Positions 1-8,300 of a stretch of DNA of 26,466 nt are shown here, one piece after another. The stretch's first letter is position 1. The number at the start of each line of letters is the position of its first letter. The position numbers were made by a program, and so were the translations under genes. The stretch lies in IMG/VR virus record IMGVR_UViG_3300022074_000319, positions 1 through 26,466 of that record; one strand, given 5' to 3'. The DNA is from a virus. Lineage: Duplodnaviria > Caudoviricetes. The notes beneath the pieces were generated by a model. The model saw only the letters and a program-made list of their open reading frames with translations, had not been told where the DNA came from and ran no database searches.

Positions 1-11
1 GTAAAAAGGTA

Positions 12-131
12 CTATATATTGTGTTTGCTTATTACCTTTGTAGATAATGTACATATTGTTGGTGATGAATCACACATCACTTGTACATCATTTACTTCTT
101 TTAATTTAGAGTTACACTCTTTACATTTCAT
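12..131 (-). CDS. Small Cys-rich (Zn-ribbon-like) hypothetical protein, 39 aa
   Basis: Translated by hand (below the ORF-track cutoff): MKCKECNSKLKEVNDVQVMCDSSPTICTLSTKVISKHNI*. It has CxxC plus CxxxxxxC; no SD is visible. Confidence 0.6.
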   Translation of the reverse strand: MKCKECNSKLKEVNDVQVMCDSSPTICTLSTKVISKHNI

Positions 132-164
132 AAATTATATTTATTTTATTAGGGGTCTTTTTAG

Positions 165-186
165 ATATAGCGGGCTATATTTTTTT
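165..186 (+). terminator. Small hairpin plus U-tract (possible intrinsic terminator)
   Basis: ATATAG-cggg-CTATAT followed by TTTTTT; the stem is weak and AT-rich. Confidence 0.4.
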
Positions 187-187
187 A

Positions 188-193
188 TATAAT
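188..193 (+). promoter_or_regulatory. -10 box TATAAT upstream of the structured non-coding element
   Basis: Perfect TATAAT. The implied start (~199-201) coincides with the first base of the long stem at 202. There is no clear -35, and the context is AT-rich. Confidence 0.4.
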
Positions 194-199
194 TAAATA

Positions 200-341
200 T
201 GAACTAGGATGTTTCACTTGACCTTGGGTATCTCACTTGTCTTTCTAGTTGGTCTTACTGGCTGTAAGGTGAGACTTTTGTACTCCCGATGTCCGCTTTA
301 CCTGTATCTTGTTACTTGCTCCTGGTTGTTTATAGCTTGTT
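200..341. ncRNA. Candidate structured non-coding RNA (strand unresolved)
   Basis: ORF-free and more GC-rich than its flanks. Nested pairings are 202-209/320-327, 220-228/285-293, 231-236/269-274 and 254-258/264-268. It is flanked by inward-facing -10-like boxes (TATAAT +188, TATGAT on minus at 348-353). Confidence 0.5.
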
Positions 342-361
342 AACTTTATCATAGAGGAAAG

Positions 362-477
362 TCTAAAACAATTTAGAGAAAATTTTTTTTTTACGCACTA
401 CGTGCGCTAGTTGTTTATAATACATTTACCTTAAGAAAGTCTTAGGGTTTAACAGTACTGGACATACTGTACGTACA
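362..477. repeat. Cluster of short inverted repeats and a T10 tract
   Basis: TCTAAA/TTTAGA 362-377, T10 383-392, CGCAC/GTGCG 394-406, ACCTTAAGA/TCTTAGGGT 428-448, ACAGTA/TACTGT 452-470, palindrome TGTACGTACA 468-477. Confidence 0.55.
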
Positions 478-482
478 AGGAC

Positions 483-698
483 CTACTTCCTGCCCGAAGT
501 AGGTTTTTGTTTTGTGGGGTCAACATGTCTTCCTTTTATTCTTGGAAAATTTTTAGGTTTATGTTTATGACAGTATTTATATTTGTTATATTGAGATAAG
601 ATGGTAGTACAAGCAGAATGCACGCAGGTTCGGTTTTTCTGATACTGTGTATTCTTTTTAAAGTTAGGGTACTTGTTACCCGATATGTATTCTGCCAT
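483..698 (-). CDS. Small basic Zn-finger-like protein, 71 aa (likely leaderless)
   Basis: C-x4-C...YC-x2-H motif. The start is moved from the track's 719 to ATG at 698 (MAEYISGNK...) because TATAAT (minus, 705-710) lies 6 nt upstream and the longer start overlaps the divergent SD. Confidence 0.7.
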   Translation of the reverse strand: MAEYISGNKYPNFKKNTQYQKNRTCVHSACTTILSQYNKYKYCHKHKPKNFPRIKGRHVDPTKQKPTSGRK

Positions 699-710
699 AA
701 TTAAATTATA
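673..710. promoter_or_regulatory. Overlapping divergent promoters
   Basis: Plus strand: TTGTTA(673-678)-N17-CATAAT(696-701) with TG extension, then SD AGGAGG at 710-715. Minus strand: TATAAT at 705-710. Confidence 0.5.
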
Positions 711-719
711 GGAGGACAA

Positions 720-788
720 ATGCCAGGTAAAGGTTATTCATATAAAAAAGGTATGAAGAAAAATAAAGGTAGAAAAAAAAGAAAATAA
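720..788 (+). CDS. Tiny Lys/Arg-rich peptide, 22 aa
   Basis: MPGKGYSYKKGMKKNKGRKKRK*. Strong SD AGGAGG 4 nt upstream, and a TAATG overlap with the next gene. Not in the ORF track. Confidence 0.7.
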   Translation: MPGKGYSYKKGMKKNKGRKKRK

Positions 789-1045
789 TGGCTGAGTATA
801 GGGGAATGAAGGTAAAGTTAAATTCACCTTCTGCAATACGAAAAGGCGAACCAGGATATGGTCGCAAAAAATCTAAAGTCTTTGTTATGTCAAATGGCAA
901 AGTAAAAAAGGTTATGTTCGGTGACCCCAATATGGCTATAAGAAAAAACAATCCAGGAGCTAGAGCTTCGTTTCGTGCTAGACACAAATGCAGCACTGCT
1001 AAGGATAAAACAACAGCAAGATATTGGTCTTGCAAAGCGTGGTAA
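788..1045 (+). CDS. Small basic phage protein (DUF6321-like), 85 aa
   Basis: Motifs KVMFGDPNM, RASFRARHKC and ARYWSCKAW resemble a basic protein family common beside terminase genes in aquatic phages. The family label is from recall. Confidence 0.8.
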   Translation: MAEYRGMKVKLNSPSAIRKGEPGYGRKKSKVFVMSNGKVKKVMFGDPNMAIRKNNPGARASFRARHKCSTAKDKTTARYWSCKAW

Positions 1046-1054
1046 GGAGGAAGA

Positions 1055-1198
1055 ATGGCAGCTAAAAAAGGTTTATATCATAATATAAATAAAAGAAAAA
1101 AAGCTGGGACAAGTAGGTCAAAGAAAAATTCTACAATTAGTCCTAAGGCTTATGCAAACATGAAAGCTGGATTTCCTAAAAAGAAAAAAAAGAAGTAA
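1055..1198 (+). CDS. Small Lys-rich peptide, 47 aa
   Basis: MAAKKGLYHNINKRKKAGTSRSKKNSTISPKAYANMKAGFPKKKKKK*. SD TAAGGAGG, and a TAATG overlap with the terminase start. Not in the ORF track. Confidence 0.8.
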   Translation: MAAKKGLYHNINKRKKAGTSRSKKNSTISPKAYANMKAGFPKKKKKK

Positions 1199-3093
1199 TG
1201 GCAAATCTTAAAACAGTTGCATGCCCGCACTGTGGAGATAAGTTTAAACAGGCACATGGAAGACAAAAGTATTGTAAGTTACAATGCACTAAAGCTGCTA
1301 ATGCACGTGCTAGAAACCTAAAGAAAAAAGAAGATAAAGTACTAGCAACAACTCCAAACAATAGAGCTAGTCGTGGTGAACATTATTTATATTTTGTAGA
1401 GAACTATGCAGAGGAATTACTAGAAGGTTTATTTACACAAAAATTTGTATCAGAAGATATAGGGGTTGACCAAAGTGTAGTAACTAGAATGTTACTTGCA
1501 TATAAAGAAGATAAAGCAGTAGCAGAAGCTAGAGAAGGTTGGGATATACCAGAAGAAGCTAAAGAGTCATTAACATCATTTGAAAAATTTAGAGATAGGT
1601 ACTTTTTAACAGAGATGGGTAAACCGTATGAGACTGCTAAGTTTCATAAAAACTGGATTAAAAACATTTTAAAATCTATTAAAAATGGTTCTCAGCTTAT
1701 GATACTGTCACCACCTAGGCATGGTAAAACAGATTTACTTACACACTTTGCAGTATGGCAAGTATGTAAAAACCCAAACATAAGAATTATGTGGGTAGGT
1801 GGTAATGAAGATATTGCAAAGAATGCAGTAGGTTCAGTATTAGACCATTTAGAGAACAACGAAAAACTAATAGAAGATTTCTGTGGACCAGGAGAAACAT
1901 TTAAACCTAAAAGCAGAACTGGTAAGACATGGAGTTCTGGTCAGTTTACAGTGAAGACTAGAACAGTTACAGGTATTAAATCACCTACTATGGTAGCTGT
2001 AGGTAAGGGTGGTAAGATTCTATCACGTGACTGTGACTTAATTATTGCAGATGACATTGAGGACCACGGTACAACAATTCAACCTAGTTCACGTGAACAA
2101 ACAAAGAGATGGTGGACTACAACTTTGTCATCACGTAAAGAGGAACATACAGCAATAGTTGTTATTGGTTCCAGGCAGCACCCAGATGATTTATATAATT
2201 CATTAATTGATAATGACGAATGGCACAAGATTATAGAATCAGCACATAGTTTAGATATTCCTATTGAATCTGGAGAACCTAAAGACCATAAGAAACACAT
2301 GTTATGGTCAAGCAAAAGAAGTTACAAGTGGCTCATGGCACAAAGGAGAAATGCACAAACAACTGGTGGTCTAGCAATATTTGAAATGGTGTATCTTAAT
2401 AGACCATTTTCAGAAGGGCTACAAATGTTTAAAGTAGAATCATTAGATGCAGCTAGAGATGATTCAAGAATTATAGGACATTTACCAGCTGGCACTAGGT
2501 TAATAGCTGGACTAGACCCAGCTGCAACTGGTTACCAGGCTGCATTCTTGTGGGCTTATCATGTAGAAGAAGGCAAGTTATACATGGTAGATATAGAAAA
2601 TACTAAAGGTGGAGGAATACCCCAGGCATTTAAAACTATAAAAGAATGGTATAAAAAGTATCAATGTTCTCATTGGATAATAGAAGAGAATGGATTTCAA
2701 CGTGCTATTAGACAAGATAGAGAATTAAAAGAGTGGACTGCTGCTAAAGGAATACATTTAGAAGGACATCAGACACAGAAAAATAAATTTGACCCATACT
2801 TTGGTGTAGGTTCAATGAGTGAGCTATTTGATAAAGGATTAGTAAATTTGCCTTATGGTAGTGCAGATTCACAAAATAAGAGTAATATATATCGTAGGCA
2901 GCTTTTGTATTTTTCAAATGCTGCTAATAAAGCAAGTAGCAGGGGATATAAGTCGGACATAGTTATGGCAAGTTGGTTTCCAATAAAGATAGTAAGGAGA
3001 TTGCAAAAAGAGTTTATTGCAGACATGGGGTATGAATATACACCTAGTTACGGAAACGTAGATGTAAGCAGTATGAATGTAGCACCGTGGTAA
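1198..3093 (+). CDS. terL: Terminase large subunit with N-terminal Zn-finger/HTH-like extension
   Basis: Walker A SPPRHGKT, Walker B LIIADDIED, RNase H-like nuclease residues GLDPA, IIEENGFQ and SDIVMA; lies directly before the portal-sized gene. Confidence 0.93.
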   Translation: MANLKTVACPHCGDKFKQAHGRQKYCKLQCTKAANARARNLKKKEDKVLATTPNNRASRGEHYLYFVENYAEELLEGLFTQKFVSEDIGVDQSVVTRMLLAYKEDKAVAEAREGWDIPEEAKESLTSFEKFRDRYFLTEMGKPYETAKFHKNWIKNILKSIKNGSQLMILSPPRHGKTDLLTHFAVWQVCKNPNIRIMWVGGNEDIAKNAVGSVLDHLENNEKLIEDFCGPGETFKPKSRTGKTWSSGQFTVKTRTVTGIKSPTMVAVGKGGKILSRDCDLIIADDIEDHGTTIQPSSREQTKRWWTTTLSSRKEEHTAIVVIGSRQHPDDLYNSLIDNDEWHKIIESAHSLDIPIESGEPKDHKKHMLWSSKRSYKWLMAQRRNAQTTGGLAIFEMVYLNRPFSEGLQMFKVESLDAARDDSRIIGHLPAGTRLIAGLDPAATGYQAAFLWAYHVEEGKLYMVDIENTKGGGIPQAFKTIKEWYKKYQCSHWIIEENGFQRAIRQDRELKEWTAAKGIHLEGHQTQKNKFDPYFGVGSMSELFDKGLVNLPYGSADSQNKSNIYRRQLLYFSNAANKASSRGYKSDIVMASWFPIKIVRRLQKEFIADMGYEYTPSYGNVDVSSMNVAPW

Positions 3094-3097
3094 AATT

Positions 3098-4837
3098 ATG
3101 AATCAATCAGAATTACATGACAAGATAACCCAATTACATTATGTAAACCAGGATGCGTATTCACAACGTGGACGTATTCGTTCTATTATGAACGGTGGAC
3201 CTAGTGGAATACTTGCATTACTTGGTGACCAAATGAAAGGTATGCAAGACTGGCAAGTTCCTATGCCTAACTTAATGGCATCTGGATTAGAACACTTAGC
3301 ACAAAAAATAGGAAGAATACCTAACTTAAAAGTAGATGTACCTAACAATAAAGATTCAGAACGTGCAAGAAAAAGAGCAGAGAAAATATCTAGGATAGTA
3401 ACTGCCTATGACGAAAACCAAAGATTAGATTTACAAATGCCACAAGTAGGTAGATGGTTACCTGGTTATGGTTTTGCTGTATGGGTAATTAGAGAAAAAA
3501 TGGGAGCTGATGGAACTCCTTATCCTTGTGCAGAATTACGTGACCCTTATAATTGTTTTCCAGGTTACTTTGGTGCAGACCAACAACCAAAAGAAATGTC
3601 TATAGTTAGAAGAGTTCCTAAATCAGATTTAACTAAAGTATATCCACAGTATAAAGAAGTTATACAAAAAAATTATACTAAAGGTGCCACAATAGCTAGT
3701 GGTTATGCTTCTGCTTATACAGATGGATATAATGGTTCATGGGCTAACTCCAATGGACAAGGAGATTTAATATCAGAATATTACAATGAAGAAGGCACAT
3801 ACATTTTTCATTTATCTTCTGGTACAGTTTTAGATTTTATAGCTAATCCGTTATCTAGTGGACCAGCATTTGTAGTTGCTAAGAAATTTTCTTTTGACCA
3901 ACTACAAGGACAGTATGACCAAATCATAGGGCTTATGGCTTCTATGGCAAAAATTAATGTTATGTCAATTATTGCGATGGAAGATGCAGTCTTTACAGAA
4001 ACAAACATAACTGGAGAGTTAGAATCTGGTCAATATAAAAAAGGTAGATTTGCAGTTAATTATTTTTCTCCAGGAAGTCAAATATCTAAACCAGCATCTA
4101 ACATTCCTTATCAAATATTTCAACAGATAGACAGAATAGAAAGACAACTTAGAGTAGGTGCCTCTTATCCTTCACAAGATGATTCACAATCACCAGTTAG
4201 TTTTGCTACTGGTAGAGGATTAGAAGAGTTAGGTGCATCTATGTCACTTATGATTAGAGAGTATCACACAATCTTAGCTGATGCTATAGAACAAACAGAT
4301 GCTAAAAGATTAGAGTGGGACACAAAAATGTATGGTGGTAGAAATAAAGAGTTGTCTGGTTATAAAGATAATAAATTCTTTTCTGAATCTTACGAACCAA
4401 CAAAAGATATACAAAATTCTTATAAGACTAGAAGAGTCTATGGCGCTATGGCTGGCTACGATGAACCACAAAAAATAGTAACAGGGTTGCAGCTGCTTAG
4501 TTCTGGTGTTATAGATACACAAACACTACAAGAAAACTTAGATGGTTTAGATAACCTAGTAAGAGTAAATGAAAGAATAACAAAAGAAAAAATGGATAAA
4601 GTTTTACAAGATACTCTTATGGCACAAGCAAGTCAAGGTGACGAAAAAGCAATTATGGCTGTAGTTCAGATAAGAAAAAACCCTGGTGAGATACAAGAAA
4701 TACTAGATAAATTTTTTACTGCTCAAGAACCAGAGATACCCGAACAAGAAGCAGCTATGATTGAAGGTATGGGTCCAGCCACCACTGGTCCCGCACCTTC
4801 TATACAACAAGCACTAGGTATGATGGGTGGTGCATAA
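3098..4837 (+). CDS. Portal (head-tail connector) protein
   Basis: 579 aa immediately after TerL, mixed alpha/beta, with a Q/M/A/P-rich C-terminal tail typical of podovirus portals. Confidence 0.82.
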   Translation: MNQSELHDKITQLHYVNQDAYSQRGRIRSIMNGGPSGILALLGDQMKGMQDWQVPMPNLMASGLEHLAQKIGRIPNLKVDVPNNKDSERARKRAEKISRIVTAYDENQRLDLQMPQVGRWLPGYGFAVWVIREKMGADGTPYPCAELRDPYNCFPGYFGADQQPKEMSIVRRVPKSDLTKVYPQYKEVIQKNYTKGATIASGYASAYTDGYNGSWANSNGQGDLISEYYNEEGTYIFHLSSGTVLDFIANPLSSGPAFVVAKKFSFDQLQGQYDQIIGLMASMAKINVMSIIAMEDAVFTETNITGELESGQYKKGRFAVNYFSPGSQISKPASNIPYQIFQQIDRIERQLRVGASYPSQDDSQSPVSFATGRGLEELGASMSLMIREYHTILADAIEQTDAKRLEWDTKMYGGRNKELSGYKDNKFFSESYEPTKDIQNSYKTRRVYGAMAGYDEPQKIVTGLQLLSSGVIDTQTLQENLDGLDNLVRVNERITKEKMDKVLQDTLMAQASQGDEKAIMAVVQIRKNPGEIQEILDKFFTAQEPEIPEQEAAMIEGMGPATTGPAPSIQQALGMMGGA

Positions 4838-5028
4838 TGCACGAAATATTTGAAGACATAGTTCACAATAGTTTATGGGAATTAGACGAAGATGGTGATG
4901 ACATCATTATGGAAGACTTTATAAAAAAACAACAATTTAATAAGTTTCCTAGAATAATATCAAGATTTACTATAACTGAAATAATACATTTAGATGAGGA
5001 AGATATAGATGGCAACCCGAATTACTAA
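4837..5028 (+). CDS. Small acidic hypothetical protein, 63 aa
   Basis: TAATG coupling to the portal stop; fills the gap before the next gene. Confidence 0.6.
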   Translation: MHEIFEDIVHNSLWELDEDGDDIIMEDFIKKQQFNKFPRIISRFTITEIIHLDEEDIDGNPNY

Positions 5029-5353
5029 AAGAAATGCTGCGGTAAAACCAGCATCTAATAATTACATTGACCAAACAAGAATGACTTATGGTGAAAAAGA
5101 ACCTCTTAAAGAATTAAACAGTGAAGTACAAAATCTAAATTTAGGTGAAGCATCTCCAGTTGCTGCAGCACCAGTTGCACCACAACGTAGTGTGTTTGCT
5201 GAAACTGACCAACCATTAAGACCAGTAGAAGACGGATTACCTTTTGGTCCAGGAGTTGGAGCGCCAGAAGCTATGGAATCTACAGAGTCATTAATACAAC
5301 AATTTTTTGATATTACAGGTGACCCACTCTTAGCAAAACTATTAAAGGGTTAG
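5009..5353 (+). CDS. Hypothetical virion-associated protein, 114 aa
   Basis: SD GAGGA; Pro/Ala/Gly-rich (GLPFGPGVG); lies in the structural operon. Confidence 0.75.
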   Translation: MATRITKRNAAVKPASNNYIDQTRMTYGEKEPLKELNSEVQNLNLGEASPVAAAPVAPQRSVFAETDQPLRPVEDGLPFGPGVGAPEAMESTESLIQQFFDITGDPLLAKLLKG

Positions 5354-5354
5354 T

Positions 5355-8300
5355 ATGTCGTACAGTATATTTGATGCGGCATCGTTCCAAGATGACTCTG
5401 CTACAAAAAAAGCAATTAACCAAGCAGTAGCACCTACAACTATAAAACCAGAAGATGCAAAAAGAGCATCAGCAATTATTAATAAATATCCAACTATAAG
5501 CAAAGGTTCTTTAGTTGGTGCAGTTAAATTAGGAATATCACAAGATGACCCAAGGCTAAAGCAAATAGTTATGAAAGAATCATTACTAAAAGAAGAAAAC
5601 GGTTTTGATAAATTAAAAGATGCAACAAGAAGGTCAGTACGTGGAGCATTTATAGGATTTCAAAACTTGTGGGAGATGGCAGCACCTAGAGGAGTTAGAT
5701 ACTTAGAAGGTAGGCAACAAGGAATGTCACATGACGAAGCTAGAAATAAAAGTAAAGCTACGTTACTAGGTGAGATAGATTCAGCTAAAGCTGCTGGTAA
5801 AGATATTGATTTAGGTCAAGGATGGTTTTTAGGTAGCACTGACCCAACACAAACAGATGAATATAAAAATTTATTACAGTCTGGAATGGACCCACTAGAA
5901 GCAAGAGAATGGGTTAGAGATAATGTTTTAGGTGTAAACATTTATGAAGAACAAAAGAAAAAAGCTAATCAAATACAGTTTGTTGGTGAGAGAGCAGATA
6001 AGTTTAGAGATGCTGGATTAGACCCAACAGTTACTATTGGTAGATATTTATTTAAACCAGTAGATGAAATAATAGAACCAGGGACAAAAGCATACAATTA
6101 TATAACTGGTGCTATTGATATAGTTGCAAATATAGTTGCAGACCCAATAGGTATGTTAGGGTTTGGAGTTGCAAAAACACGTAAACTATCATCTACATTC
6201 ACAGAGTTAGAAAATCTAAGTAAAGCAGGTAAAATTTTTGAAAGCACTGGATTGTTACAAGGTGCAAGAAAATCTATATTTGGTCCTACAACAAAAGAAT
6301 TTTTAGCTGGTAAAGCAGGTATAACATTTAAAAAATTTATGTATGAAAATTCTACATCAGACATAATTGCAACATCTAAAAATAACATTGATGATTTTCA
6401 ATTTTATGATGAACTAGAAAAATTTAAAAGAAAAAACAAAGGTAAGTCATACGATGAGATAAGTGATTCTTTTGATGATTTGTTAAATGATGGTTTGCTA
6501 GTTAAAGCAACAAAAAATAATGTACCTACAGTAAAACATAAAGGTAACAGAATGACTGGTATGTTAGAGAGAACATACGGTACTAGAGTAATTACAGAAA
6601 ATACAGATGATTCAATAGTAAAACTAAATAGATTTATACGTTTAGCTACAACTGGAATGGAAAAAGATAAAGCAGCACAAAAAATAAATAGATTTATGAC
6701 TGGTGCTATTAAGGCACTTAAAGACGATGATTCACCTACTGAAGTTGCAAAGTTAGTTAGTAATTTTATTACAAAAGATTTTAAACCACAAGTTGTAAAA
6801 GCATTAGGAGGTAGAGCTAAGTTAACAAAATTTCAAGAAGACTTAGTTGATAAAGGTTTAGAAGTCCAGGCAAAGTTTATAGGTGATGCACAAAAACAAA
6901 AAGGTATAGTTAAAAGTTTTGCTATTAATACATCTGGTGAAAACTTACCGATAACTCCAGTATTAAAACAATTAAGTGGTGGAAAGCTAGATAACATAGA
7001 CGAATTAGTTGACCCACTTACAGCAGCACAATTAGCTGATGAAATATATTTACCAAATGCTACACAAGTTATTAGAGCTGCAAAAACATTAGACAAAAAA
7101 TTTGGTGCTATAGGTTCAAAAATAGCTACAAGTGGAAGCGCTGAAAGTGTTACAAGGTTTATGGACTGGTATTATGGTTCATTATTTAAACCACTTGTAT
7201 TGTTAAGACCAGCATGGACAGTTCGTGTTATTGCAGAAGAACAATTAAGAATGATGGCTTCTGGTGTAACAAATGTTATTACTCATCCCGCTGGAATGAT
7301 TGCAAGAGTATTAGGTAAAGAAAAAGAATCTGCTAAAACATTAATGGGAACCTTTGAAGATAACGCACAATTTTTAGAAACTGTACAAAACGGTGCTGGT
7401 ACTGCAAGTTCTGTACGTAGAGGTTGGGGAGGTAATGGAGAGTTTACTACTGTAACCAGGTCAGAAAATGTTAGAGCATGGGGAGAAGCAACATTTAGAA
7501 ACTTTATGCAACATAAGTTTGACCCGTTATCAAGAAGACTTGCTATAGTCCAGCTAGAACAAAACCCAGCAAAAAGAATAAAGATGTTGGATGAAGTTAT
7601 AAAAGAAGCACAAACTACTGGAACACAATTAAATAAGCACATAAGAAAAGTATCTGGTGCTGATGGTCATGCTTTTAAAGGTGCTGGTAACTCTAGTAAA
7701 TTAGGTCAAGCAAAAGCAGAAGAGTTTGTACATTATGTTAATGCAGGTGTAGCACAAACAACTGGAGGTAAAGTTGTAACAGTATTAGACGATATAGATA
7801 AAACTCCTAAAGCTGCAAGAGAGTGGATAGATGAAAATGGTAATGAAGATTTATTAAAAGCATTAGCAAATGAAGATATGTCTGCACAAGAACTTGTAGG
7901 TTTAGAAAATGTTGACCTTAAAAAATATTGGGCTGGTGATTTATCTGCAGAAGAATATACATCTATAACTACACAACTTAGAAAAAATCAAGATAAGTTG
8001 CGTAAAGATTTTGTTAAGAAATATAAAAAAGTATTACCAGAATCAGCAAGAGGTGAATTAAAAAATTCTATATCTAAACAAACAAGAAACTTAGATGACT
8101 TAGTAGATACTATGTTTGATATGTTTATGACTGTACCTACTAAAACAATGTCAAGAGCGCCAACATTTAAAAAACATTATTGGGAAAAAGTAGGAGACTT
8201 TGCACAACACTTAGATGAAAAAACTTTAAACAAAGTATTAAAACAAGCTAGAGAAGCTGGTCTTGCTACAGGTACTGGAAAAGAAAAAAAGATATTAAAA

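Noticed and set aside
199-207. ATG-AAC-TAG minigene right after TATAAT
   Set aside because: Two codons can easily arise by chance, and the bases form part of the predicted stem.
200-341. Hammerhead ribozyme or tRNA interpretation (GTGAAAC on the minus strand)
   Set aside because: No CUGANGA core and no cloverleaf or T-loop consensus on either strand.
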